In this document: piece by piece, positions 12,201-27,200 of the stretch | Numbering within the stretch: position 1 is the stretch's first letter | Layout: each line of letters starts with the position of its first letter | NCBI GenBank assembly: GCA_051362555.1 | Contig: JBPQGU010000016.1 | Location: 2,480,001 to 2,544,000 of the forward strand | DNA: 64,000 bases | Direction: 5' to 3' | Source: Lingula anatina | Taxonomy: Eukaryota; Animalia; Brachiopoda | Notes under the pieces: model-generated | Seen by the model: only the letters and a program-made list of their open reading frames with translations | Database searches by the model: none | Told to the model about the DNA's origin: nothing | Made by a program: the position numbers and the translations under genes

Positions 12201-15200
12201 TAGGGATGAAAAATTTTTTTCTTCAATATTGTGTCAGGTAGGTGTGTTTGGTCATTTGTAGTGAGGGTAAAGTGCTGGAAGAGGGATTGTGTCATTATTT
12301 AGGAAGAAATAGAGCAAAAACTCTCTCCACCCCCCCTCTCTCCAAATCCTGTTCTCAGGTGTGCTTTCTGGCAATCTTTAAAGCTGAAATTGGGGGCTTT
12401 AATGAAGTGACCCGGGCGCGTTTCCACATTTTTTATGAATGTCAGGTGTGGTAAATTAATTTTCATCACTTTTTGGAAAAATTGGTGACGGGTCATTTTT
12501 GGGTGATTTTGAGAGATTTTCGTAAGGTCCGGATATGGCAGTTTTCTTCAATTTTGGCCAGGTAGGGATGAAAAATTTTTTTCTTCAATATTGTGTCAGG
12601 TAGGTGTGTTTGGTCATTTGTAGTGAGGGTAAAGTGCTGGAAGAGGGATTGTGTCATTATTTAGGAAGAAATAGAGCAAAAACTCTCTCCACCCCCCCTC
12701 TCTCCAAATCCTGTTCTCAGGTGTGCTTTCTGGCAATCTTTAAAGCTGAAATTGGGGGCTTTAATGAAGTGACCCGGGCGCGTTTCCACATTTTTTATGA
12801 ATGTCAGGTGTGGTAAATTAATTTTCATCACTTTTTGGAAAAATTGGTGACGGGTCATTTTTGGGTGATTTTGAGAGATTTTCGTAAGGTCCGGATATGG
12901 CAGTTTTCTTCAATTTTGGCCAGGTAGGGATGAAAAATTTTTTTCTTCAATATTGTGTCAGGTAGGTGTGTTTGGTCATTTGTAGTGAGGGTAAAGTGCT
13001 GGAAGAGGGATTGTGTCATTATTTAGGAAGAAATAGAGCAAAAACTCTCTCCACCCCCCCTCTCTCCAAATCCTGTTCTCAGGTGTGCTTTCTGGCAATC
13101 TTTAAAGCTGAAATTGGGGGCTTTAATGAAGTGACCCGGGCGCGTTTCCACATTTTTTATGAATGTCAGGTGTGGTAAATTAATTTTCATCACTTTTTGG
13201 AAAAATTGGTGACGGGTCATTTTTGGGTGATTTTGAGAGATTTTCGTAAGGTCCGGATATGGCAGTTTTCTTCAATTTTGGCCAGGTAGGGATGAAAAAT
13301 TTTTTTCTTCAATATTGTGTCAGGTAGGTGTGTTTGGTCATTTGTAGTGAGGGTAAAGTGCTGGAAGAGGGATTGTGTCATTATTTAGGAAGAAATAGAG
13401 CAAAAACTCTCTCCACCCCCCCTCTCTCCAAATCCTGTTCTCAGGTGTGCTTTCTGGCAATCTTTAAAGCTGAAATTGGGGGCTTTAATGAAGTGACCCG
13501 GGCGCGTTTCCACATTTTTTATGAATGTCAGGTGTGGTAAATTAATTTTCATCACTTTTTGGAAAAATTGGTGACGGGTCATTTTTGGGTGATTTTGAGA
13601 GATTTTCGTAAGGTCCGGATATGGCAGTTTTCTTCAATTTTGGCCAGGTAGGGATGAAAAATTTTTTTCTTCAATATTGTGTCAGGTAGGTGTGTTTGGT
13701 CATTTGTAGTGAGGGTAAAGTGCTGGAAGAGGGATTGTGTCATTATTTAGGAAGAAATAGAGCAAAAACTCTCTCCACCCCCCCTCTCTCCAAATCCTGT
13801 TCTCAGGTGTGCTTTCTGGCAATCTTTAAAGCTGAAATTGGGGGCTTTAATGAAGTGACCCGGGCGCGTTTCCACATTTTTTATGAATGTCAGGTGTGGT
13901 AAATTAATTTTCATCACTTTTTGGAAAAATTGGTGACGGGTCATTTTTGGGTGATTTTGAGAGATTTTCGTAAGGTCCGGATATGGCAGTTTTCTTCAAT
14001 TTTGGCCAGGTAGGGATGAAAAATTTTTTTCTTCAATATTGTGTCAGGTAGGTGTGTTTGGTCATTTGTAGTGAGGGTAAAGTGCTGGAAGAGGGATTGT
14101 GTCATTATTTAGGAAGAAATAGAGCAAAAACTCTCTCCACCCCCCCTCTCTCCAAATCCTGTTCTCAGGTGTGCTTTCTGGCAATCTTTAAAGCTGAAAT
14201 TGGGGGCTTTAATGAAGTGACCCGGGCGCGTTTCCACATTTTTTATGAATGTCAGGTGTGGTAAATTAATTTTCATCACTTTTTGGAAAAATTGGTGACG
14301 GGTCATTTTTGGGTGATTTTGAGAGATTTTCGTAAGGTCCGGATATGGCAGTTTTCTTCAATTTTGGCCAGGTAGGGATGAAAAATTTTTTTCTTCAATA
14401 TTGTGTCAGGTAGGTGTGTTTGGTCATTTGTAGTGAGGGTAAAGTGCTGGAAGAGGGATTGTGTCATTATTTAGGAAGAAATAGAGCAAAAACTCTCTCC
14501 ACCCCCCCTCTCTCCAAATCCTGTTCTCAGGTGTGCTTTCTGGCAATCTTTAAAGCTGAAATTGGGGGCTTTAATGAAGTGACCCGGGCGCGTTTCCACA
14601 TTTTTTATGAATGTCAGGTGTGGTAAATTAATTTTCATCACTTTTTGGAAAAATTGGTGACGGGTCATTTTTGGGTGATTTTGAGAGATTTTCGTAAGGT
14701 CCGGATATGGCAGTTTTCTTCAATTTTGGCCAGGTAGGGATGAAAAATTTTTTTCTTCAATATTGTGTCAGGTAGGTGTGTTTGGTCATTTGTAGTGAGG
14801 GTAAAGTGCTGGAAGAGGGATTGTGTCATTATTTAGGAAGAAATAGAGCAAAAACTCTCTCCACCCCCCCTCTCTCCAAATCCTGTTCTCAGGTGTGCTT
14901 TCTGGCAATCTTTAAAGCTGAAATTGGGGGCTTTAATGAAGTGACCCGGGCGCGTTTCCACATTTTTTATGAATGTCAGGTGTGGTAAATTAATTTTCAT
15001 CACTTTTTGGAAAAATTGGTGACGGGTCATTTTTGGGTGATTTTGAGAGATTTTCGTAAGGTCCGGATATGGCAGTTTTCTTCAATTTTGGCCAGGTAGG
15101 GATGAAAAATTTTTTTCTTCAATATTGTGTCAGGTAGGTGTGTTTGGTCATTTGTAGTGAGGGTAAAGTGCTGGAAGAGGGATTGTGTCATTATTTAGGA

Positions 15201-18200
15201 AGAAATAGAGCAAAAACTCTCTCCACCCCCCCTCTCTCCAAATCCTGTTCTCAGGTGTGCTTTCTGGCAATCTTTAAAGCTGAAATTGGGGGCTTTAATG
15301 AAGTGACCCGGGCGCGTTTCCACATTTTTTATGAATGTCAGGTGTGGTAAATTAATTTTCATCACTTTTTGGAAAAATTGGTGACGGGTCATTTTTGGGT
15401 GATTTTGAGAGATTTTCGTAAGGTCCGGATATGGCAGTTTTCTTCAATTTTGGCCAGGTAGGGATGAAAAATTTTTTTCTTCAATATTGTGTCAGGTAGG
15501 TGTGTTTGGTCATTTGTAGTGAGGGTAAAGTGCTGGAAGAGGGATTGTGTCATTATTTAGGAAGAAATAGAGCAAAAACTCTCTCCACCCCCCCTCTCTC
15601 CAAATCCTGTTCTCAGGTGTGCTTTCTGGCAATCTTTAAAGCTGAAATTGGGGGCTTTAATGAAGTGACCCGGGCGCGTTTCCACATTTTTTATGAATGT
15701 CAGGTGTGGTAAATTAATTTTCATCACTTTTTGGAAAAATTGGTGACGGGTCATTTTTGGGTGATTTTGAGAGATTTTCGTAAGGTCCGGATATGGCAGT
15801 TTTCTTCAATTTTGGCCAGGTAGGGATGAAAAATTTTTTTCTTCAATATTGTGTCAGGTAGGTGTGTTTGGTCATTTGTAGTGAGGGTAAAGTGCTGGAA
15901 GAGGGATTGTGTCATTATTTAGGAAGAAATAGAGCAAAAACTCTCTCCACCCCCCCTCTCTCCAAATCCTGTTCTCAGGTGTGCTTTCTGGCAATCTTTA
16001 AAGCTGAAATTGGGGGCTTTAATGAAGTGACCCGGGCGCGTTTCCACATTTTTTATGAATGTCAGGTGTGGTAAATTAATTTTCATCACTTTTTGGAAAA
16101 ATTGGTGACGGGTCATTTTTGGGTGATTTTGAGAGATTTTCGTAAGGTCCGGATATGGCAGTTTTCTTCAATTTTGGCCAGGTAGGGATGAAAAATTTTT
16201 TTCTTCAATATTGTGTCAGGTAGGTGTGTTTGGTCATTTGTAGTGAGGGTAAAGTGCTGGAAGAGGGATTGTGTCATTATTTAGGAAGAAATAGAGCAAA
16301 AACTCTCTCCACCCCCCCTCTCTCCAAATCCTGTTCTCAGGTGTGCTTTCTGGCAATCTTTAAAGCTGAAATTGGGGGCTTTAATGAAGTGACCCGGGCG
16401 CGTTTCCACATTTTTTATGAATGTCAGGTGTGGTAAATTAATTTTCATCACTTTTTGGAAAAATTGGTGACGGGTCATTTTTGGGTGATTTTGAGAGATT
16501 TTCGTAAGGTCCGGATATGGCAGTTTTCTTCAATTTTGGCCAGGTAGGGATGAAAAATTTTTTTCTTCAATATTGTGTCAGGTAGGTGTGTTTGGTCATT
16601 TGTAGTGAGGGTAAAGTGCTGGAAGAGGGATTGTGTCATTATTTAGGAAGAAATAGAGCAAAAACTCTCTCCACCCCCCCTCTCTCCAAATCCTGTTCTC
16701 AGGTGTGCTTTCTGGCAATCTTTAAAGCTGAAATTGGGGGCTTTAATGAAGTGACCCGGGCGCGTTTCCACATTTTTTATGAATGTCAGGTGTGGTAAAT
16801 TAATTTTCATCACTTTTTGGAAAAATTGGTGACGGGTCATTTTTGGGTGATTTTGAGAGATTTTCGTAAGGTCCGGATATGGCAGTTTTCTTCAATTTTG
16901 GCCAGGTAGGGATGAAAAATTTTTTTCTTCAATATTGTGTCAGGTAGGTGTGTTTGGTCATTTGTAGTGAGGGTAAAGTGCTGGAAGAGGGATTGTGTCA
17001 TTATTTAGGAAGAAATAGAGCAAAAACTCTCTCCACCCCCCCTCTCTCCAAATCCTGTTCTCAGGTGTGCTTTCTGGCAATCTTTAAAGCTGAAATTGGG
17101 GGCTTTAATGAAGTGACCCGGGCGCGTTTCCACATTTTTTATGAATGTCAGGTGTGGTAAATTAATTTTCATCACTTTTTGGAAAAATTGGTGACGGGTC
17201 ATTTTTGGGTGATTTTGAGAGATTTTCGTAAGGTCCGGATATGGCAGTTTTCTTCAATTTTGGCCAGGTAGGGATGAAAAATTTTTTTCTTCAATATTGT
17301 GTCAGGTAGGTGTGTTTGGTCATTTGTAGTGAGGGTAAAGTGCTGGAAGAGGGATTGTGTCATTATTTAGGAAGAAATAGAGCAAAAACTCTCTCCACCC
17401 CCCCTCTCTCCAAATCCTGTTCTCAGGTGTGCTTTCTGGCAATCTTTAAAGCTGAAATTGGGGGCTTTAATGAAGTGACCCGGGCGCGTTTCCACATTTT
17501 TTATGAATGTCAGGTGTGGTAAATTAATTTTCATCACTTTTTGGAAAAATTGGTGACGGGTCATTTTTGGGTGATTTTGAGAGATTTTCGTAAGGTCCGG
17601 ATATGGCAGTTTTCTTCAATTTTGGCCAGGTAGGGATGAAAAATTTTTTTCTTCAATATTGTGTCAGGTAGGTGTGTTTGGTCATTTGTAGTGAGGGTAA
17701 AGTGCTGGAAGAGGGATTGTGTCATTATTTAGGAAGAAATAGAGCAAAAACTCTCTCCACCCCCCCTCTCTCCAAATCCTGTTCTCAGGTGTGCTTTCTG
17801 GCAATCTTTAAAGCTGAAATTGGGGGCTTTAATGAAGTGACCCGGGCGCGTTTCCACATTTTTTATGAATGTCAGGTGTGGTAAATTAATTTTCATCACT
17901 TTTTGGAAAAATTGGTGACGGGTCATTTTTGGGTGATTTTGAGAGATTTTCGTAAGGTCCGGATATGGCAGTTTTCTTCAATTTTGGCCAGGTAGGGATG
18001 AAAAATTTTTTTCTTCAATATTGTGTCAGGTAGGTGTGTTTGGTCATTTGTAGTGAGGGTAAAGTGCTGGAAGAGGGATTGTGTCATTATTTAGGAAGAA
18101 ATAGAGCAAAAACTCTCTCCACCCCCCCTCTCTCCAAATCCTGTTCTCAGGTGTGCTTTCTGGCAATCTTTAAAGCTGAAATTGGGGGCTTTAATGAAGT

Positions 18201-21200
18201 GACCCGGGCGCGTTTCCACATTTTTTATGAATGTCAGGTGTGGTAAATTAATTTTCATCACTTTTTGGAAAAATTGGTGACGGGTCATTTTTGGGTGATT
18301 TTGAGAGATTTTCGTAAGGTCCGGATATGGCAGTTTTCTTCAATTTTGGCCAGGTAGGGATGAAAAAATTTTTTCTTCAATATTGTGTCAGGTAGGTGTG
18401 TTTGGTCATTTGTAGTGAGGGTAAAGTGCTGGAAGAGGGATTGTGTCATTATTTAGGAAGAAATAGAGCAAAAACTCTCTCCACCCCCCCTCTCTCCAAA
18501 TCCTGTTCTCAGGTGTGCTTTCTGGCAATCTTTAAAGCTGAAATTGGGGGCTTTAATGAAGTGACCCGGGCGCGTTTCCACATTTTTTATGAATGTCAGG
18601 TGTGGTAAATTAATTTTCATCACTTTTTGGAAAAATTGGTGACGGGTCATTTTTGGGTGATTTTGAGAGATTTTCGTAAGGTCCGGATATGGCAGTTTTC
18701 TTCAATTTTGGCCAGGTAGGGATGAAAAATTTTTTTCTTCAATATTGTGTCAGGTAGGTGTGTTTGGTCATTTGTAGTGAGGGTAAAGTGCTGGAAGAGG
18801 GATTGTGTCATTATTTAGGAAGAAATAGAGCAAAAACTCTCTCCACCCCCCCTCTCTCCAAATCCTGTTCTCAGGTGTGCTTTCTGGCAATCTTTAAAGC
18901 TGAAATTGGGGGCTTTAATGAAGTGACCCGGGCGCGTTTCCACATTTTTTATGAATGTCAGGTGTGGTAAATTAATTTTCATCACTTTTTGGAAAAATTG
19001 GTGACGGGTCATTTTTGGGTGATTTTGAGAGATTTTCGTAAGGTCCGGATATGGCAGTTTTCTTCAATTTTGGCCAGGTAGGGATGAAAAATTTTTTTCT
19101 TCAATATTGTGTCAGGTAGGTGTGTTTGGTCATTTGTAGTGAGGGTAAAGTGCTGGAAGAGGGATTGTGTCATTATTTAGGAAGAAATAGAGCAAAAACT
19201 CTCTCCACCCCCCCTCTCTCCAAATCCTGTTCTCAGGTGTGCTTTCTGGCAATCTTTAAAGCTGAAATTGGGGGCTTTAATGAAGTGATCCGGGCGCGTT
19301 TCCACATTTTTTATGAATGTCAGGTGTGGTAAATTAATTTTCATCACTTTTTGGAAAAATTGGTGACGGGTCATTTTTGGGTGATTTTGAGAGATTTTCG
19401 TAAGGTCCGGATATGGCAGTTTTCTTCAATTTTGGCCAGGTAGGGATGAAAAATTTTTTTCTTCAATATTGTGTCAGGTAGGTGTGTTTGGTCATTTGTA
19501 GTGAGGGTAAAGTGCTGGAAGAGGGATTGTGTCATTATTTAGGAAGAAATAGAGCAAAAACTCTCTCCACCCCCCCTCTCTCCAAATCCTGTTCTCAGGT
19601 GTGCTTTCTGGCAATCTTTAAAGCTGAAATTGGGGGCTTTAATGAAGTGACCCGGGCGCGTTTCCACATTTTTTATGAATGTCAGGTGTGGTAAATTAAT
19701 TTTCATCACTTTTTGGAAAAATTGGTGACGGGTCATTTTTGGGTGATTTTGAGAGATTTTCGTAAGGTCCGGATATGGCAGTTTTCTTCAATTTTGGCCA
19801 GGTAGGGATGAAAAATTTTTTTCTTCAATATTGTGTCAGGTAGGTGTGTTTGGTCATTTGTAGTGAGGGTAAAGTGCTGGAAGAGGGATTGTGTCATTAT
19901 TTAGGAAGAAATAGAGCAAAAACTCTCTCCACCCCCCCTCTCTCCAAATCCTGTTCTCAGGTGTGCTTTCTGGCAATCTTTAAAGCTGAAATTGGGGGCT
20001 TTAATGAAGTGACCCGGGCGCGTTTCCACATTTTTTATGAATGTCAGGTGTGGTAAATTAATTTTCATCACTTTTTGGAAAAATTGGTGACGGGTCATTT
20101 TTGGGTGATTTTGAGAGATTTTCGTAAGGTCCGGATATGGCAGTTTTCTTCAATTTTGGCCAGGTAGGGATGAAAAATTTTTTTCTTCAATATTGTGTCA
20201 GGTAGGTGTGTTTGGTCATTTGTAGTGAGGGTAAAGTGCTGGAAGAGGGATTGTGTCATTATTTAGGAAGAAATAGAGCAAAAACTCTCTCCACCCCCCC
20301 TCTCTCCAAATCCTGTTCTCAGGTGTGCTTTCTGGCAATCTTTAAAGCTGAAATTGGGGGCTTTAATGAAGTGACCCGGGCGCGTTTCCACATTTTTTAT
20401 GAATGTCAGGTGTGGTAAATTAATTTTCATCACTTTTTGGAAAAATTGGTGACGGGTCATTTTTGGGTGATTTTGAGAGATTTTCGTAAGGTCCGGATAT
20501 GGCAGTTTTCTTCAATTTTGGCCAGGTAGGGATGAAAAATTTTTTTCTTCAATATTGTGTCAGGTAGGTGTGTTTGGTCATTTGTAGTGAGGGTAAAGTG
20601 CTGGAAGAGGGATTGTGTCATTATTTAGGAAGAAATAGAGCAAAAACTCTCTCCACCCCCCCTCTCTCCAAATCCTGTTCTCAGGTGTGCTTTCTGGCAA
20701 TCTTTAAAGCTGAAATTGGGGGCTTTAATGAAGTGACCCGGGCGCGTTTCCACATTTTTTATGAATGTCAGGTGTGGTAAATTAATTTTCATCACTTTTT
20801 GGAAAAATTGGTGACGGGTCATTTTTGGGTGATTTTGAGAGATTTTCGTAAGGTCCGGATATGGCAGTTTTCTTCAATTTTGGCCAGGTAGGGATGAAAA
20901 ATTTTTTTCTTCAATATTGTGTCAGGTAGGTGTGTTTGGTCATTTGTAGTGAGGGTAAAGTGCTGGAAGAGGGATTGTGTCATTATTTAGGAAGAAATAG
21001 AGCAAAAACTCTCTCCACCCCCCCTCTCTCCAAATCCTGTTCTCAGGTGTGCTTTCTGGCAATCTTTAAAGCTGAAATTGGGGGCTTTAATGAAGTGACC
21101 CGGGCGCGTTTCCACATTTTTTATGAATGTCAGGTGTGGTAAATTAATTTTCATCACTTTTTGGAAAAATTGGTGACGGGTCATTTTTGGGTGATTTTGA

Positions 21201-24200
21201 GAGATTTTCGTAAGGTCCGGATATGGCAGTTTTCTTCAATTTTGGCCAGGTAGGGATGAAAAATTTTTTTCTTCAATATTGTGTCAGGTAGGTGTGTTTG
21301 GTCATTTGTAGTGAGGGTAAAGTGCTGGAAGAGGGATTGTGTCATTATTTAGGAAGAAATAGAGCAAAAACTCTCTCCACCCCCCCTCTCTCCAAATCCT
21401 GTTCTCAGGTGTGCTTTCTGGCAATCTTTAAAGCTGAAATTGGGGGCTTTAATGAAGTGACCCGGGCGCGTTTCCACATTTTTTATGAATGTCAGGTGTG
21501 GTAAATTAATTTTCATCACTTTTTGGAAAAATTGGTGACGGGTCATTTTTGGGTGATTTTGAGAGATTTTCGTAAGGTCCGGATATGGCAGTTTTCTTCA
21601 ATTTTGGCCAGGTAGGGATGAAAAATTTTTTTCTTCAATATTGTGTCAGGTAGGTGTGTTTGGTCATTTGTAGTGAGGGTAAAGTGCTGGAAGAGGGATT
21701 GTGTCATTATTTAGGAAGAAATAGAGCAAAAACTCTCTCCACCCCCCCTCTCTCCAAATCCTGTTCTCAGGTGTGCTTTCTGGCAATCTTTAAAGCTGAA
21801 ATTGGGGGCTTTAATGAAGTGACCCGGGCGCGTTTCCACATTTTTTATGAATGTCAGGTGTGGTAAATTAATTTTCATCACTTTTTGGAAAAATTGGTGA
21901 CGGGTCATTTTTGGGTGATTTTGAGAGATTTTCGTAAGGTCCGGATATGGCAGTTTTCTTCAATTTTGGCCAGGTAGGGATGAAAAATTTTTTTCTTCAA
22001 TATTGTGTCAGGTAGGTGTGTTTGGTCATTTGTAGTGAGGGTAAAGTGCTGGAAGAGGGATTGTGTCATTATTTAGGAAGAAATAGAGCAAAAACTCTCT
22101 CCACCCCCCCTCTCTCCAAATCCTGTTCTCAGGTGTGCTTTCTGGCAATCTTTAAAGCTGAAATTGGGGGCTTTAATGAAGTGACCCGGGCGCGTTTCCA
22201 CATTTTTTATGAATGTCAGGTGTGGTAAATTAATTTTCATCACTTTTTGGAAAAATTGGTGACGGGTCATTTTTGGGTGATTTTGAGAGATTTTCGTAAG
22301 GTCCGGATATGGCAGTTTTCTTCAATTTTGGCCAGGTAGGGATGAAAAATTTTTTTCTTCAATATTGTGTCAGGTAGGTGTGTTTGGTCATTTGTAGTGA
22401 GGGTAAAGTGCTGGAAGAGGGATTGTGTCATTATTTAGGAAGAAATAGAGCAAAAACTCTCTCCACCCCCCCTCTCTCCAAATCCTGTTCTCAGGTGTGC
22501 TTTCTGGCAATCTTTAAAGCTGAAATTGGGGGCTTTAATGAAGTGACCCGGGCGCGTTTCCACATTTTTTATGAATGTCAGGTGTGGTAAATTAATTTTC
22601 ATCACTTTTTGGAAAAATTGGTGACGGGTCATTTTTGGGTGATTTTGAGAGATTTTCGTAAGGTCCGGATATGGCAGTTTTCTTCAATTTTGGCCAGGTA
22701 GGGATGAAAAATTTTTTTCTTCAATATTGTGTCAGGTAGGTGTGTTTGGTCATTTGTAGTGAGGGTAAAGTGCTGGAAGAGGGATTGTGTCATTATTTAG
22801 GAAGAAATAGAGCAAAAACTCTCTCCACCCCCCCTCTCTCCAAATCCTGTTCTCAGGTGTGCTTTCTGGCAATCTTTAAAGCTGAAATTGGGGGCTTTAA
22901 TGAAGTGACCCGGGCGCGTTTCCACATTTTTTATGAATGTCAGGTGTGGTAAATTAATTTTCATCACTTTTTGGAAAAATTGGTGACGGGTCATTTTTGG
23001 GTGATTTTGAGAGATTTTCGTAAGGTCCGGATATGGCAGTTTTCTTCAATTTTGGCCAGGTAGGGATGAAAAATTTTTTTCTTCAATATTGTGTCAGGTA
23101 GGTGTGTTTGGTCATTTGTAGTGAGGGTAAAGTGCTGGAAGAGGGATTGTGTCATTATTTAGGAAGAAATAGAGCAAAAACTCTCTCCACCCCCCCTCTC
23201 TCCAAATCCTGTTCTCAGGTGTGCTTTCTGGCAATCTTTAAAGCTGAAATTGGGGGCTTTAATGAAGTGACCCGGGCGCGTTTCCACATTTTTTATGAAT
23301 GTCAGGTGTGGTAAATTAATTTTCATCACTTTTTGGAAAAATTGGTGACGGGTCATTTTTGGGTGATTTTGAGAGATTTTCGTAAGGTCCGGATATGGCA
23401 GTTTTCTTCAATTTTGGCCAGGTAGGGATGAAAAATTTTTTTCTTCAATATTGTGTCAGGTAGGTGTGTTTGGTCATTTGTAGTGAGGGTAAAGTGCTGG
23501 AAGAGGGATTGTGTCATTATTTAGGAAGAAATAGAGCAAAAACTCTCTCCACCCCCCCTCTCTCCAAATCCTGTTCTCAGGTGTGCTTTCTGGCAATCTT
23601 TAAAGCTGAAATTGGGGGCTTTAATGAAGTGACCCGGGCGCGTTTCCACATTTTTTATGAATGTCAGGTGTGGTAAATTAATTTTCATCACTTTTTGGAA
23701 AAATTGGTGACGGGTCATTTTTGGGTGATTTTGAGAGATTTTCGTAAGGTCCGGATATGGCAGTTTTCTTCAATTTTGGCCAGGTAGGGATGAAAAATTT
23801 TTTTCTTCAATATTGTGTCAGGTAGGTGTGTTTGGTCATTTGTAGTGAGGGTAAAGTGCTGGAAGAGGGATTGTGTCATTATTTAGGAAGAAATAGAGCA
23901 AAAACTCTCTCCACCCCCCCTCTCTCCAAATCCTGTTCTCAGGTGTGCTTTCTGGCAATCTTTAAAGCTGAAATTGGGGGCTTTAATGAAGTGACCCGGG
24001 CGCGTTTCCACATTTTTTATGAATGTCAGGTGTGGTAAATTAATTTTCATCACTTTTTGGAAAAATTGGTGACGGGTCATTTTTGGGTGATTTTGAGAGA
24101 TTTTCGTAAGGTCCGGATATGGCAGTTTTCTTCAATTTTGGCCAGGTAGGGATGAAAAATTTTTTTCTTCAATATTGTGTCAGGTAGGTGTGTTTGGTCA

Positions 24201-27200
24201 TTTGTAGTGAGGGTAAAGTGCTGGAAGAGGGATTGTGTCATTATTTAGGAAGAAATAGAGCAAAAACTCTCTCCACCCCCCCTCTCTCCAAATCCTGTTC
24301 TCAGGTGTGCTTTCTGGCAATCTTTAAAGCTGAAATTGGGGGCTTTAATGAAGTGACCCGGGCGCGTTTCCACATTTTTTATGAATGTCAGGTGTGGTAA
24401 ATTAATTTTCATCACTTTTTGGAAAAATTGGTGACGGGTCATTTTTGGGTGATTTTGAGAGATTTTCGTAAGGTCCGGATATGGCAGTTTTCTTCAATTT
24501 TGGCCAGGTAGGGATGAAAAATTTTTTTCTTCAATATTGTGTCAGGTAGGTGTGTTTGGTCATTTGTAGTGAGGGTAAAGTGCTGGAAGAGGGATTGTGT
24601 CATTATTTAGGAAGAAATAGAGCAAAAACTCTCTCCACCCCCCCTCTCTCCAAATCCTGTTCTCAGGTGTGCTTTCTGGCAATCTTTAAAGCTGAAATTG
24701 GGGGCTTTAATGAAGTGACCCGGGCGCGTTTCCACATTTTTTATGAATGTCAGGTGTGGTAAATTAATTTTCATCACTTTTTGGAAAAATTGGTGACGGG
24801 TCATTTTTGGGTGATTTTGAGAGATTTTCGTAAGGTCCGGATATGGCAGTTTTCTTCAATTTTGGCCAGGTAGGGATGAAAAATTTTTTTCTTCAATATT
24901 GTGTCAGGTAGGTGTGTTTGGTCATTTGTAGTGAGGGTAAAGTGCTGGAAGAGGGATTGTGTCATTATTTAGGAAGAAATAGAGCAAAAACTCTCTCCAC
25001 CCCCCCTCTCTCCAAATCCTGTTCTCAGGTGTGCTTTCTGGCAATCTTTAAAGCTGAAATTGGGGGCTTTAATGAAGTGACCCGGGCGCGTTTCCACATT
25101 TTTTATGAATGTCAGGTGTGGTAAATTAATTTTCATCACTTTTTGGAAAAATTGGTGACGGGTCATTTTTGGGTGATTTTGAGAGATTTTCGTAAGGTCC
25201 GGATATGGCAGTTTTCTTCAATTTTGGCCAGGTAGGGATGAAAAATTTTTTTCTTCAATATTGTGTCAGGTAGGTGTGTTTGGTCATTTGTAGTGAGGGT
25301 AAAGTGCTGGAAGAGGGATTGTGTCATTATTTAGGAAGAAATAGAGCAAAAACTCTCTCCACCCCCCCTCTCTCCAAATCCTGTTCTCAGGTGTGCTTTC
25401 TGGCAATCTTTAAAGCTGAAATTGGGGGCTTTAATGAAGTGACCCGGGCGCGTTTCCACATTTTTTATGAATGTCAGGTGTGGTAAATTAATTTTCATCA
25501 CTTTTTGGAAAAATTGGTGACGGGTCATTTTTGGGTGATTTTGAGAGATTTTCGTAAGGTCCGGATATGGCAGTTTTCTTCAATTTTGGCCAGGTAGGGA
25601 TGAAAAATTTTTTTCTTCAATATTGTGTCAGGTAGGTGTGTTTGGTCATTTGTAGTGAGGGTAAAGTGCTGGAAGAGGGATTGTGTCATTATTTAGGAAG
25701 AAATAGAGCAAAAACTCTCTCCACCCCCCCTCTCTCCAAATCCTGTTCTCAGGTGTGCTTTCTGGCAATCTTTAAAGCTGAAATTGGGGGCTTTAATGAA
25801 GTGACCCGGGCGCGTTTCCACATTTTTTATGAATGTCAGGTGTGGTAAATTAATTTTCATCACTTTTTGGAAAAATTGGTGACGGGTCATTTTTGGGTGA
25901 TTTTGAGAGATTTTCGTAAGGTCCGGATATGGCAGTTTTCTTCAATTTTGGCCAGGTAGGGATGAAAAATTTTTTTCTTCAATATTGTGTCAGGTAGGTG
26001 TGTTTGGTCATTTGTAGTGAGGGTAAAGTGCTGGAAGAGGGATTGTGTCATTATTTAGGAAGAAATAGAGCAAAAACTCTCTCCACCCCCCCTCTCTCCA
26101 AATCCTGTTCTCAGGTGTGCTTTCTGGCAATCTTTAAAGCTGAAATTGGGGGCTTTAATGAAGTGACCCGGGCGCGTTTCCACATTTTTTATGAATGTCA
26201 GGTGTGGTAAATTAATTTTCATCACTTTTTGGAAAAATTGGTGACGGGTCATTTTTGGGTGATTTTGAGAGATTTTCGTAAGGTCCGGATATGGCAGTTT
26301 TCTTCAATTTTGGCCAGGTAGGGATGAAAAATTTTTTTCTTCAATATTGTGTCAGGTAGGTGTGTTTGGTCATTTGTAGTGAGGGTAAAGTGCTGGAAGA
26401 GGGATTGTGTCATTATTTAGGAAGAAATAGAGCAAAAACTCTCTCCACCCCCCCTCTCTCCAAATCCTGTTCTCAGGTGTGCTTTCTGGCAATCTTTAAA
26501 GCTGAAATTGGGGGCTTTAATGAAGTGACCCGGGCGCGTTTCCACATTTTTTATGAATGTCAGGTGTGGTAAATTAATTTTCATCACTTTTTGGAAAAAT
26601 TGGTGACGGGTCATTTTTGGGTGATTTTGAGAGATTTTCGTAAGGTCCGGATATGGCAGTTTTCTTCAATTTTGGCCAGGTAGGGATGAAAAATTTTTTT
26701 CTTCAATATTGTGTCAGGTAGGTGTGTTTGGTCATTTGTAGTGAGGGTAAAGTGCTGGAAGAGGGATTGTGTCATTATTTAGGAAGAAATAGAGCAAAAA
26801 CTCTCTCCACCCCCCCTCTCTCCAAATCCTGTTCTCAGGTGTGCTTTCTGGCAATCTTTAAAGCTGAAATTGGGGGCTTTAATGAAGTGACCCGGGCGCG
26901 TTTCCACATTTTTTATGAATGTCAGGTGTGGTAAATTAATTTTCATCACTTTTTGGAAAAATTGGTGACGGGTCATTTTTGGGTGATTTTGAGAGATTTT
27001 CGTAAGGTCCGGATATGGCAGTTTTCTTCAATTTTGGCCAGGTAGGGATGAAAAATTTTTTTCTTCAATATTGTGTCAGGTAGGTGTGTTTGGTCATTTG
27101 TAGTGAGGGTAAAGTGCTGGAAGAGGGATTGTGTCATTATTTAGGAAGAAATAGAGCAAAAACTCTCTCCACCCCCCCTCTCTCCAAATCCTGTTCTCAG

